Source of the DNA: Paecilomyces variotii
Taxonomy: Eukaryota
NCBI GenBank assembly: GCA_004022145.1
Contig: RCNU01000009.1
DNA: 64,000 nt
Reading direction: 5' to 3' (one strand)
Part shown: positions 49,737 to 60,764 of the stretch, one piece after another
Numbering within the stretch: position 1 is the first letter of the stretch
Layout of the letters: each line of letters opens with the position of its first letter
Notes under the pieces: generated by a model
What the model saw: only the letters and a program-made list of their open reading frames with translations
Told to the model about the DNA's origin: nothing
Database searches by the model: none
Made by a program: the position numbers and the translations under genes

Positions 49737-50829
49737 ATGGCGCTTCTCCCGACCTTCCGGAAGGCGCCCCAACAACGGCAGCTAGCCGGCCGGACGCATT
49801 CCACCGTGGTTTGGCACCGCCTCTTCCGCTCGTTTCTCTATCTCGTCGCCTGGATCTTCCTGCTGCTCGTCTGTATCGGCAACCTCTCCAACAAGCCCGT
49901 CCTGCGCGAAACCTATTTCCTCAAACTCGACCTCTCCAACATCATCCCCCTTTCCGTGCCCAATGCTGTCCTCATCAACAGTATTGCCCGGTCCATTGGC
50001 CTCCATGATTTCTACCAGGTGGGATTGTGGAACTTCTGCGAGGGCTACGATGACACCGGCATTACCGACTGCTCCAAGCCCAAGAGCCTCTACGCCTTCA
50101 ATCCGGTGAAGATCTTGCTCAGTGAGCTGCTAGCCGGTGCCACCAGTACGTATTACATCACACGCTCTACAAAGGAAAAACAGAAAAGACAAAACTCATG
50201 ACGAGTCAACTGGCTAACTGGAGCGTTGCACAGTCGCCTTGCCTGCGGATATCACCTCGGCGCTCAAGATTGCCTCCACGGCCTCACACTGGATGTTTGG
50301 CCTTTTCATCACTGGAACCGTCCTCTCGTTTGTCGGCATTTTCATTGCGCCCTTGGCCGTCTCATCCCGTCCACCGCAGTCGTTATCTGCGGATCCTCAC
50401 AAGAACGATGAGGCCCATATTCACCACCGGCCCAGCTTCATCTTCCTCCGCGCCCTGCCCATGCTGATCTTCACCTTCCTCACTGCGCTGTTCACCATCG
50501 TCGCGTCGGTCATCTCGACCGTCATGTGGAGCATCTTCAAGAACGTCTTCATGAACAACGCGGTCAACCTCAACATCAAGGCCAACCTGGGCACGCGCAT
50601 GTTGGCATTCATGTGGATTGCGTCCGCATTGACCTTGATCGGCTTCATCGCGCAACTCTGCTCCTGCTGCTGCGCCTGCTGCGGTGGCCGCAAGGTGCGA
50701 CGCCAGCTGAAGACCGGTACCATCAACGGCACCAGTATCGAACCGACCGAGAAAGAACGCAGGTCTCCCGCCTCGTCGGATACCGGCCCGAAGAAGCGCT
50801 TCGGACGCCGCAGGAAGATGGATGTATAA
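49737..50829 (+). CDS. SUR7/PalI-family four-TM membrane protein; intron 50146-50233
   Basis: Claudin-like DFYQVGLWNFCEG...C motif, four hydrophobic segments, and a Cys cluster after the last TM segment. Confidence 0.88.
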
Positions 50830-51465
50830 AATGAACTCGACTACCTATTTTTATCGCCCGCTCCGGTCGGGAGAGACCGTCCTGTTCTCCGCGGGGCCGT
50901 CCTCTACCTATACACACGCAAATTGTCCATAGACTCGGGGGTTATACACATACATACATCGACTTCTCCTATATCCAGTTTTGCATCGCACTCAACACAA
51001 GGGCAACTATAGAATCGCACGGACTACTCGATAGAATTGGCTTGGAAGACGGAGTTTTGCTTTTTCTTTCTTCTTTCTTTTTTTTTGGATTCTCATCGCT
51101 TGGTTACCCTATCCTCATCACAGCCGGTGAGACCTGTCTGATGAGTTGCAGTTTGTGTAGAAAGCCGGCGTTTTCTCTTGTACACTTGAGTTCCGACGAT
51201 GCTCACCTCTCGATCATATCGTCAATTGGTTTCCTGAATTATCAGCATTTCCTTTTTTTGGTCAAAAGAGAGGTAAATCGCGTGGACCTCGACCTGTGCT
51301 ATTATCGATACGAGTCATGATCGGATTTATATCCCTACGTCTCTACACTAACCTTATCCTACCTTGACCTGACCTTGTCCTGTCCCAATTGTACATACAC
51401 ATATTCCTGGGGACTGGAATATCCTATAGATTCAGTCTTCGGCCGTTGTTATTATTATAGAAAGG

Positions 51466-51492
51466 AAAAGAAAAGAAAAGAAAAGAAAAGAA
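51466..51492 (+). repeat. (AAAAG)n pentanucleotide repeat
   Basis: Directly visible. Confidence 0.85.
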
Positions 51493-52175
51493 AGTCATAT
51501 TATTATATATTGGCAGAAAGTTAAGTCCAATTCTTATTCCTTCCTCCAATAGCACACTAGTGGATTGTTCTCTTCTCTGGTAGAGCGTAGAATAGCATAA
51601 TGGAAAATTGTTACCCTGGGCGATGGTCAATGGCTGTTTTCTTTCTTTTTTTGTCTTTGCTCATGGACAAATTTAAAGCAGAATATTGGCTCTGTAAAGA
51701 AAGAAAGAGGCAAGTAAATAATAAGGTTCGTTCGGGATGTAGTCCGCCGAGTTTATCTAGTATAAAGTATATACTTCGAAGCTCAAATTGAACGGTAACT
51801 GCTTTGTAAATGGATGGATGGATGGTAATCTTTCTTTCCTTTTTTTTTGTCCTGACGGGTCTTCTTCTAGCTAATGACTTATACTTGATATGATATAGAT
51901 AACGATAAGTATAATTAATTTTGTCCGTCCGTCTAGCGAAAACAGTAGGTTCTCGTATCCCGATTGTAAGGGTAAGGTGAACCGAAAAGAAAAGTACATG
52001 GGGTATCTCATACGATTTCGAAAAAAAAAAAAAAAAAAGAAAAGAAAACAAAGCCTCCGACAAACGCCCAACAAACACTACAGTTCAACCGGACCACAGG
52101 TAGTAGTAAACGTTAGACTTGCCAGTCTATATCGGAATTCCCAAGGTGCCACCTCTTGATAATATCCCGATCTAA

Positions 52176-53906
52176 CTACTGCCCTGCGAGTTCCTGCTCC
52201 AGCAACCGCGCCAACTCGTCGTCGTCCAAACCGGCTTCGTCATCGGCTTGTTCTTCAACATAGACGGCACCTTGAACGTTCGCAGGGTCGGCAGTGCTCG
52301 GTCGCGAGTAATTGGTCGCAGTCGTGGGACTGGGCTGGCTGCTGTTAGACGAGCGCCGGCTGTCTGGGTTCCAGTCAGGCGTATATCCAGGCGGTGGCCG
52401 GAATCCGCCCCTCATATGGTTTCGATCACCGAGCCAGTTGTAGGTCTTACTCCGGAAAGACTGGCGCAGTTGGCCGCCAGGCTCTCCGGCCGGTTGGGAA
52501 TGGGGAGACGTGTTCCGTGACTGAGGCGCAGCGTCCGACTCATCGAAAGTGAGGTCGATGGTCACAGGCGTCGGAATCGAAACGGGAGTGACAGAGGGGC
52601 TGGGAGGCGCGCGAGGGTTGGGCCTCGAGCAATCGGCCACAGCTGCGCCTCCTTGCATCTGTTGTTGGCCCTGCTTTTCCGCCATCTGAGGGCCTAGGAC
52701 GGGCAATGAACCTTGGGGCAGGGCTGCTGGATGCTGCAGTTGGAGACCTTGCGGTGGAGGGGCCACGGTCGGTAGGTTCTCCCGGGCCCCTGCTTGATTG
52801 CGCATATAGATATCGTAGAGAAGGTTATTGTATGTCGTCGAGAGACTGCTGTAGCAGGCTCTCCATCTCTCCGTTTCCTCTCTCAGCTCCGCAATTTGGC
52901 TGGCTTGGCGGTCGGATTCCCGCTTGAGCTGCCTATTTTCCTCCTTGATAAGCTGCTCCCGAGACTTTCCAGTAGCCGGGTCGAGGGTGTTCCATCTCTC
53001 CCAGAGATTCAAGTACCGGTTGCGGTCATTTGTGAGCGCCTGGATTTTGCGGCGGTAGTTTAGCATCTGGTCGTGGACCCTTTCGCTGGTGACTTGGATA
53101 CATTTGAGATGTATGTTGGGGGTAGATGGTAGATATCCGAGAGGTCCACCGTAACGAGGATAAGGAGACAGATACGCAGGTGGCTGCCTGAAGCCCTGGA
53201 AGAAATCTCGGGTTTTTGCAGCTTCCAAGTCATCCGTACGGAGACCGAAGCGGCGCTTCGTGTCTTCGCTAACTGAAGGCGTTTCCGCTAATTCCGTTCT
53301 GATAGTCTCATTGGTAGCGTCTTCCAGCAGGCTACCTCCGGAATCTTCATCCGTGCTAGAAGCAAAAGGAGTGTGCTCATCAAAGAGAGAGTCAGGGGTC
53401 GCTTCCCTCTCGGTGTTGGCAGAAGCCGCGGGTGCTGGGCGTTCGATGTCTTCGTAGTTTGCCAGCGGCACGGATTCTTGAGGCCCGATGTCTGGATTTA
53501 TCTGCGAGCCTGCGAGATGTTTCTTCTGGCAAGGAACAGAGACATCATGCTCACCATCGAATGCTTCATCAATCGATCTCTTGCGATGCGTATGGCTCTC
53601 TCCTCTGTCAAATGATGTTTGAAAACCGTAGTCAGGAGGCTCGGGAAGGTCGATGTCTTCCCAGAGGCTGGGATTGTTGGAAAGCCCATCAAGGACAGCT
53701 TCCAGGAAAGGGTCGTTCTGGAGTTCTGGGTGCTGCAGCTGCTGCGATCCGGGGGAAAGTGTAAGCCCCAGATCATTGACATGCTGATCAGAGGAACAAT
53801 GGGGATCTGAGATACCGCCAGAGCCATATACTCCGGGATCCTCTGGTTGCGTAGAAGGACAGGTCAAATGAAAGGTGGAATTACCTTCAGCCGCACTTCC
53901 GTCCAT
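52176..53906 (-). CDS. Hypothetical protein (acidic N-terminus, central coiled coil, Pro/Gln-rich tail)
   Basis: Long ORF with the first ATG at 53906 (MDGSAAEG). No recognisable domain. Confidence 0.75.
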   Translation of the reverse strand: MDGSAAEGNSTFHLTCPSTQPEDPGVYGSGGISDPHCSSDQHVNDLGLTLSPGSQQLQHPELQNDPFLEAVLDGLSNNPSLWEDIDLPEPPDYGFQTSFDRGESHTHRKRSIDEAFDGEHDVSVPCQKKHLAGSQINPDIGPQESVPLANYEDIERPAPAASANTEREATPDSLFDEHTPFASSTDEDSGGSLLEDATNETIRTELAETPSVSEDTKRRFGLRTDDLEAAKTRDFFQGFRQPPAYLSPYPRYGGPLGYLPSTPNIHLKCIQVTSERVHDQMLNYRRKIQALTNDRNRYLNLWERWNTLDPATGKSREQLIKEENRQLKRESDRQASQIAELREETERWRACYSSLSTTYNNLLYDIYMRNQAGARENLPTVAPPPQGLQLQHPAALPQGSLPVLGPQMAEKQGQQQMQGGAAVADCSRPNPRAPPSPSVTPVSIPTPVTIDLTFDESDAAPQSRNTSPHSQPAGEPGGQLRQSFRSKTYNWLGDRNHMRGGFRPPPGYTPDWNPDSRRSSNSSQPSPTTATNYSRPSTADPANVQGAVYVEEQADDEAGLDDDELARLLEQELAGQ

Positions 53907-54962
53907 CTTGAAACGCTGACAAGGAAAAAGAGGCTGTCCAATAAGCCTCGAAAGTTGACACTCAATGATCTCTTCACTCAACACGATGTTTATCACTTTA
54001 GGACAAGGTCTGGAAATTTGCAGAGTAGTTGCTCGAGAGTTGAGGCATATGAGATAGACTCGAATGGTTCGAGATATAACAGAGCAGCCTTGCGGATATG
54101 GTGAAATAGGCCGTTCAGGTACCCAACAAGGTTGAAAGAGAGTATGATGTCAACTGAAGAACCGTCCAGGCGAAAGTTGCGGTCAACAGTAGGAAGTTCT
54201 CGGGATAACGAGGCCGGAAGCAAGCGTTCAGTAGAGATGTATATGCGACACTGTAGAGTATCCTCCGGTGGTGCTTCTCGAGGTATGGAGTCCTCCAACA
54301 GCTTCGAAAGACGACTTCCAGATCAAGTATTTGCAGTCGCTCCTTGGAGTCTCCGGAATAGAAAGGACCGGTATCAGTCCTGCAACCGAGGTCAGGTCAA
54401 GGCTGGAGTGTTGGTATACAGCAAAGACCAGGAGAATCGCCCTGGGGTAGGGGACTCGCGGCCGCAAAATGAACTAGACAATATCCAGCCATGCCACTCT
54501 CAGATAGACAGTTGGTGATTCATCTCCCAAAGGGGAATAGAGCATGATCTGTAATTGGAGACGAAATATGACCAGACCCCGAAAGAAAAGAACGCAGTGC
54601 AGTCAAAGTCCAGTGGATGGACAAATTGTGAAGATTATTGAGGCAAACAATGTTTTTCTCGTTCAGCAGAATTCCTCCTCGGACTTAACCTTCTCCAACC
54701 TCCGCCTCACCGCCTATCTCACCGCACACGTGACCCCTTTCCCTTATCACCAACTATCAACGGACGCTAAGCCACGTCTGGCATAAAGGAGTTCTTTGCC
54801 CGCCGCGGCACAAGAGAAGGTTCATTGCTGCTCCAGCTTCACCAGCTTCACTCTTAGGACGCTTACTCTCCAACACTTCACAGTCACTTAACACAGAAAT
54901 TCTTGGATTGTTACTGACAACGGGTGGTCTATCCTCCACTTGGCTTCAAGCACGACCCCATT

Positions 54963-56365
54963 ATGAGTGTCATTCTCTGTACTGGTAAGTGTCTCCTGCG
55001 AGAGTGTCGCTTATAGCATTGCTCGAGGACCACCAGCGCTGACGGTGTTGCTTTCACAACAGCGGGGTATGATCATACCATACGGTAAGCCCGGCCATAT
55101 AGAGCTCCAAATATTTCATGGGAGTCTGTAACTGACGAATTGGTGTTCGAAGCTTCTGGGAGGCTCTATCTGGAATCTGCTCTCGTACCATCCAACATCC
55201 CGACTCTCAAGTGAACCGTCTCTGTATCACTCCCGACAAGCGCTTCCTAGCGGCTGCTGGTCATAACAATGTCAAACTCTACGACATCAAATCCACCAAT
55301 CCGAATCCGGTCATGACCTTCGATGGACACACCAACAACATCACTGGCGTCGCGTTTCACTGCGAGGGCAAGTGGATGGTCACTAGCTCTGAAGATGGTA
55401 CGGTCAAGGTCTGGGACACTCGCACTGGCAGTCTTCAACGCAACTACGTTCACAAAGCTGCTGTCAACGACGTCGTCATCCATCCGAACCAGGGAGAACT
55501 CATCAGCTGCGACCGCTCTGGTACGGTCCGCGTCTGGGATCTTGGGGAGAGCGTTTGCACCCATCAACTGATCCCCGAGGATGACGTTGCTATTCAGAGT
55601 GTGAGTGTTGCAAGCGATGGTTCTCTGCTCTGTGCAGGCAACAAAAAGGTAGAGTGAACTGCGGATAGTGTTCTCGACGTATCTAACCTGGAGCAACAGG
55701 GCAATGTCTACATCTGGCGTATGATCCAGGATACCGAAGTCACCCGCATCATGCCAATTGCCATGTTCCAAGCTCACAAAGATTACCTGACTCGTCTTCT
55801 GCTATCTCCTGATGTCAAGCACCTGGCAACCTGCTCTGCCGACCACACCGCCAAGGTCTGGAACTTGGACCCTGATTACCCTCCCGCGAGAGCTGCGGCT
55901 GCGGCTGCTGCCAATTCCAAGGCCAATACTGCCAACGGAGTCCAAGCAAATGGCAACGGTGACACGACTCCAACAAAAGAGAAGCCGGAGTCGACGGAAG
56001 ACGGAGACGCCACTGCAAGCTCCCACGAAGCGAACAATGCGAGCGACTTCAGCATGTTTGCGTCTGCGTTCGGTACGCCCAGCACTGCCGGCGAACAGCC
56101 CATGCCAAGTTTCCCTGTTCAACCGGACGGTCCTCCAATGGACCCCGCTACCGGTACGCTATACCTCGAGACCACGCTGGCTAACCACCAGCGCTGGGTG
56201 TGGGACTGCGCGTTTTCGGCCGACTCGGCCTACCTGGTCACAGTCTGCAGTGACCACTACGCGCGCCTCTGGGAGCTGGCCTCGGGCCAGATCATCCGTC
56301 AGTACAGCGGACACCACCGCGGTGCGGTGTGTGTCGCGCTGAACGACTACTCGGAGCCTCGTTAA
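54963..56365 (+). CDS. lst8: TOR complex WD40 subunit Lst8, exons about 54963-54984, 55063-55084, 55153-55648, 55700-56365
   Basis: [44 protein letters not shown]...HQRWVWDCAFSADSAYLVT. Confidence 0.96.
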
Positions 56366-56718
56366 AGAGGTTTCTGCAGTGGGCGCGATGGTTCGGCCAT
56401 TGGTTGGGCTCCCACGAGCGTATGGTGGGATCCGTTGTCTGGCGGGGTTGGTTTTTCTCTCTTCGACTACGAGCATGGCGCATGGGTGAAGGGGGGCGCT
56501 GGGCGGTTTTCTGGGACGGAGTCAGGGCGTTTTTGATTTCTTCTTTTTTTCCCCTTTCTGCATTTGCATGGGCCATCCTCCGGGAGGATGTCTCGAACGG
56601 ACAATGAAATCTTGGACCACTTCAAACCCGTACCTTCTTTCCTTTCTCCTCTAGGGCCCCTAGCACTGACGAAATAATCGTATCTGGCTGTAGGTAGCTA
56701 CGCTGCAAATTATGTAGT

Positions 56719-56742
56719 TATATATATATATATATATATATA
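56719..56742. repeat. (TA)n microsatellite
   Basis: Directly visible. Confidence 0.9.
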
Positions 56743-56980
56743 GCATATGTGGACGATGATATGACGAGATAGCAGGATACCCAATCTACGCCCGATCCGG
56801 GAGAACTCCACTTCCAGCTCTTCTCGCCTTTTTACTCCATTTCTGCCTGGAGATCAATATAAATACATACAAATCGAAAAGAGTAGATATATGGGAAGCC
56901 ACTGTGAATCCCTCCACTGTAGATATCACCCCAATCCTATTCCAAATTCATTTCACCAGAGAAAGATACAACCCCCATCT

Positions 56981-57755
56981 TTACGCCATCGCGAACCATG
57001 TCACGCTCACGACCACGTCCAGCCCCCGCTGCTCACCACCGGGATACTTGAACGTCCACATGCCATCGCGGTTGACATCCCAGAAAGCCCCCGAGGCAGA
57101 GTGCATACCGCGCTTACCGGCGTCGCCGGACGTTGTCGACTTGTCTACGAGACCTTGCTGGACGATGGTACTGTTGACGGTGAAGCGGAATGGAGGCGGA
57201 GTGTTTGGTGTAGATGGAGCGGTGGCTTTGATAAGAGATTGGAGGATGTGGTTCTGCGAAGGGGATGGTTGTGTTGGTTAGTTGGACGGTTCATAGATGT
57301 ACATACATACATATGTACATATACATACATACATAGAGGGTGGGGACTAAAGAAGGGGGGATAAAGGGGTGAAGTGTGAAACATACGATGATCTCCGAGT
57401 TCCATGAGCCGACTTTCGAGTGGTCGTATTCCTCGACGCTCTTCAGGGCCATGTCGCATGCCTATACATTGTGCAGGTAAGTTGCGTGTTCGTGGGTTGG
57501 GTTCCTGGGACAGGTAGATAGATATATCGAGGATGATGATGATGGCGTACCTCGGTTGCGAGCTTGGTGAGCTCCGTGGTGGGCACGGGCTGAATAGGAA
57601 GACATGACTGTTAGTAAATCTCGATTTATCTACTTGTGCAGCCATAGTGTATATAGTAATGATAATAATGTTTATATTGAGTGGAAGAGGGATTGATTGG
57701 ATTGATAGCGGGGAATAGGGCGCACCGAATTCGCTGGCGACGTGTCAACGGCCAT
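56981..57755 (-). CDS. Tctex-1 family dynein light chain, 4 exons (57755-57726, 57589-57551, 57461-57387, 57253-56981)
   Basis: Spliced product MAVDTSPANSPVPTTELTKLATEACDMALKSVEEYDHSKVGSWNSEIINHILQSLI...FRFTVNSTIVQ...GMHSASGAFWDVNRDGMWTFKY...LDVVVSVTWFAMA. All junctions are phase-0 GT/AG. Not in the ORF track. Confidence 0.9.
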
Positions 57756-58344
57756 TGTGTTATGTGCCTTCAAGACCTGAGTCACAACGTGTGGGAAGGG
57801 ATCGATTGACTAGGCAATTCAATTGCGAAGTTTTCTAGCGTTAGTTAAATATGGAAATCTTGTTGGAGGTATCGTAGCTGGTGCACTATTGTTGGCAATG
57901 CGGGGAAGACAAGCAATGGTTTCCTGGAGGGAGGTACCTATCAACTCCGTACTCACAGGAGTCGCGAATTGGCAACGGAATGCGGGATGTGGAGCTCTCA
58001 GCGAAGGGATTGAGGCTCTCAAGATAAAAAAGACAATTGGAGGCTGTTGTGATTATGCGGGTGCGTATTCTATGGTAGGTCGACGAGACGGATTGGGCGG
58101 GGCGACAGAGCAGTCTGCAGATGTAAGGTGTGGTATTATTCTGATCTGAGGATGTTTGGACTCTGCCATCATCGACCGCCCCGGGTGGAGCTGGGCGAGA
58201 TCCATGGAAATGTCTCGCTTCCAAGGTTGGTATCGTCCCGCTGGCCGAGCTCTCTGGTTGGCTATATTTGTATACGCTAGGTTTCTTCAGGAATAGTGCA
58301 TAGTCAGCTGCTGCCAAGACGCCTATCGAGGAGGATCGAATGGG

Positions 58345-58350
58345 CACGTG
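58345..58350. promoter_or_regulatory. CACGTG E-box, possible Pho4/PalcA site upstream of vtc1
   Basis: Motif lies about 450 bp upstream of the ATG, and VTC genes are PHO-regulon members in yeast. A single 6-mer is weak evidence. Confidence 0.35.
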
Positions 58351-58799
58351 AAAAGCTGGGCGGTGGGGGGAGGCAGTACCTGGGCTGGCCGCGACGCCTT
58401 TTCTCGCGGGGCCGTTCCCGAACTTAGTCCCAGTGCTATCTCGACCATCTCGTCCGATCGATCTCGTCCCTTTCTCTCTTCCCCCTCCAGGTCTCATTTT
58501 CCCCTCATATCTGCTGGTGTCTCTTTTTTGGTTATCGCTCAGAAGATACATCTTAGGTCTCTGCCATTGTGTGGTCAGGACACAGTCCACGAGGGAACGT
58601 GACAATCCACAGGGAGCTCCCAATTGAACGTCATACAGCACCAGCCACTTTTCCGGGCGCAGTCGAAAACCCATAATACCATAGATAAAAGAGAGTTCAA
58701 CTCCACGAGCATCAATCCCATTTCTCTTCTGTCTGCTCACTCATCGAGCTCCTCGACATCCTGCTCCTTGCCAATCCCTACAGATTGACGCTTTTCGCC

Positions 58800-59264
58800 A
58801 TGTCTAGCCAACCTCTTCTCCAGACTGCGCCAGGTTCGTTCCCTACCAGCCCGGAACGTTCATTTCTTCCTGTCTCCCTCGTCCCGCAAAGCTAACATCC
58901 CAATCCTTCAACCCCAGGCAAGCGCATTGCTCTTCCCACTCGTGTTGAGCCCAAAGTCTTCTTCGCGAACGAGCGAACATTCCTCTCATGGCTCAACTTC
59001 ACCGTCATCCTGGGCGGTCTGGCCATCGGTCTGCTCAACTTTGGTGACCGTGTTGGTCGCATCTCTGCCGCCCTATTCACCTTCATCGCTATGGCGGCCA
59101 TGATCTATGCCCTCATCACGTTCCATTGGCGCGCCAAGAGTATCCGGAAGCGCGGCCAGAGCGGGTTCGACGATCGCTTCGGACCCTCGGTCCTGGCGGC
59201 CTCGTTGTTGGCTGCCGTGGTGGTGAATTTCATCCTGCGCATCCAGGAGGGTGGGAAGAAATGA
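58800..59264 (+). CDS. vtc1: Vacuolar transporter chaperone 1; intron 58834-58917
   Basis: [55 protein letters not shown]...FDDRFGP. Not in the ORF track. Confidence 0.95.
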
Positions 59265-59763
59265 GTTACATCGTCTCTGCTGTTGGTTTATCTGCAGAAT
59301 TGTCCCTCTATCTTTGACCACGGCTAAGGGAGGGATCTGATGGCTCGGCGATGTTCTGGTCTATCGTGACTGGAAAGGAATGTACGCTTGTTCCGTACGG
59401 AGTGAGACTCATTGATACGATTAGGAAATGTTTTGGATGTCACTATATATGTCAAGCGACTGGTCTTTAGCTTCTTGCTGTTGGGTTATGCGATAATTGT
59501 ACTGTACATGGGTAGTCTGGCGTCAGGTTGGTCAATAAGAAAAAGACTGATCACTCTGCTTCTTTTTCTTGAGCAGTTAAGATTGTCATCTTTCATGGAC
59601 CAATGCTTTTCTCTTGGCCTTGTCTGCATTCCATTTCCTTATAAATCTTATATCTTCCTTATCTGGGCAATGGCGCCGCATAACTATAGAGGCCATCCCT
59701 CCTGGCTGACGCTATGATCATATGAAAAAAATATCCGTGTGCAAAGGAACCGATCGATCTCGA

Positions 59764-60531
59764 TTATTCCGACTTCTGCAACTTCCTCGCGCGGTCCTTG
59801 GCGATATCGCACATTGCCTAAAGGACCAAGGCCCGTCAGATCCTGAATATCATAGATGCTATATATATATATATATTGAACATGATAAAAAGGAAACATA
59901 CCTGTATAGTCTCCTCCTTCTCGCGCTCAATATCACCACGGTCGATCCTCCGACGCATATCTTCCATAATGACATCTCTTCCACGACCGTTCACAAAGAC
60001 TCTATAATGACAAATCCACATCATTAGCCACTCCACTTCCAGCATCTCATTAAAACCTCAATGGTTATACAACAAGCAAAAAAGGAGCATGTAAGACGAA
60101 TCCAAATCCAACAACAACACATACACGTATCTCAACCCCGGAAACTTCTCCTCATACTCCCTATTCAACATCCTCAATTTCTCCGCCTCTCCTTCTCCCT
60201 CACTCTTATTCAAATTCGCCTGCTCCTTCCGACTCAGCTCGCTCATGTGCTCTTTCGCAGCAGGCGAGGACTCGCCCAGACGCGGATGCGAACCGAGGAT
60301 CCCTTCGAGGATCTCTTTATCTTGCGGGGAGTTTGCGGCGGAGAGGGCGGTCATGCGGCCGCCGACGGCGTCGATGAGGGAGTCGTAGCTGGAAAAGGAC
60401 TGGTGGGAGAGAACGGGGGCCATGAGGGTGTGGAGCTGAGGAGAGGGTTCGAAGAGGGTATCTAGGATGTGGAATTGGGATTCTTGAGGGAGGGATTGGA
60501 TGGAGGAGATGGGAGGGAGGGTGGGAGACAT
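59764..60531 (-). CDS. uaW: OHCU decarboxylase (purine/urate catabolism), exons about 60531-60125, 60001-59902, 59817-59764
   Basis: LDTLFEPS, ILGSHPRLG, SELSRKEQ, LNREYEEKFPGLRYVVFVNGR, AMCDIAKDR. Confidence 0.9.
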
Positions 60532-60750
60532 GGTTGTGGTTGTATGTACAGTATATAGAGTGGGATGGTGGGGTGTTGATAATAGTAGGTAGGTAGGAAA
60601 GAGAGATGATTCTTTTTTTTTGTCTGGGAATGATTTCTTGGAGAGCTGATTATTGAAGAAGAAGGATGTAATAAACTAAGAACACAAGGTGTGAATTATT
60701 ATCTCTAGGTAGAGAAGATACGACTGACTTTCCAGTGTCACGTCCCACCA

Positions 60751-60764
60751 TCGGGGTTCCCCGA
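60751..60764. promoter_or_regulatory. UaY/Ppr1-type Zn2Cys6 binding site TCGG-N6-CCGA
   Basis: TCGGGGTTCCCCGA lies 220 bp upstream of the OHCU decarboxylase ATG. HGATAR sites flank it at 60577 and 60842. Confidence 0.75.

Noticed and set aside
22026..55152. AAG splice acceptors in odc, the PLC-like gene and lst8
   Set aside because: This is a less common but normal fungal 3' splice site, and the frames are preserved.
11479..56365. TOR/retrograde-themed gene cluster (Rtg3-like, odc, pbp1, lst8) or tRNA-themed pair (trl1, cex1)
   Set aside because: The genes are tens of kb apart and interleaved with unrelated housekeeping genes. Chance is sufficient.
57886..58740. 284-aa ORF between Tctex-1 and vtc1
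   Set aside because: GTG start, no motifs, and it lies in the shared promoter/UTR region.
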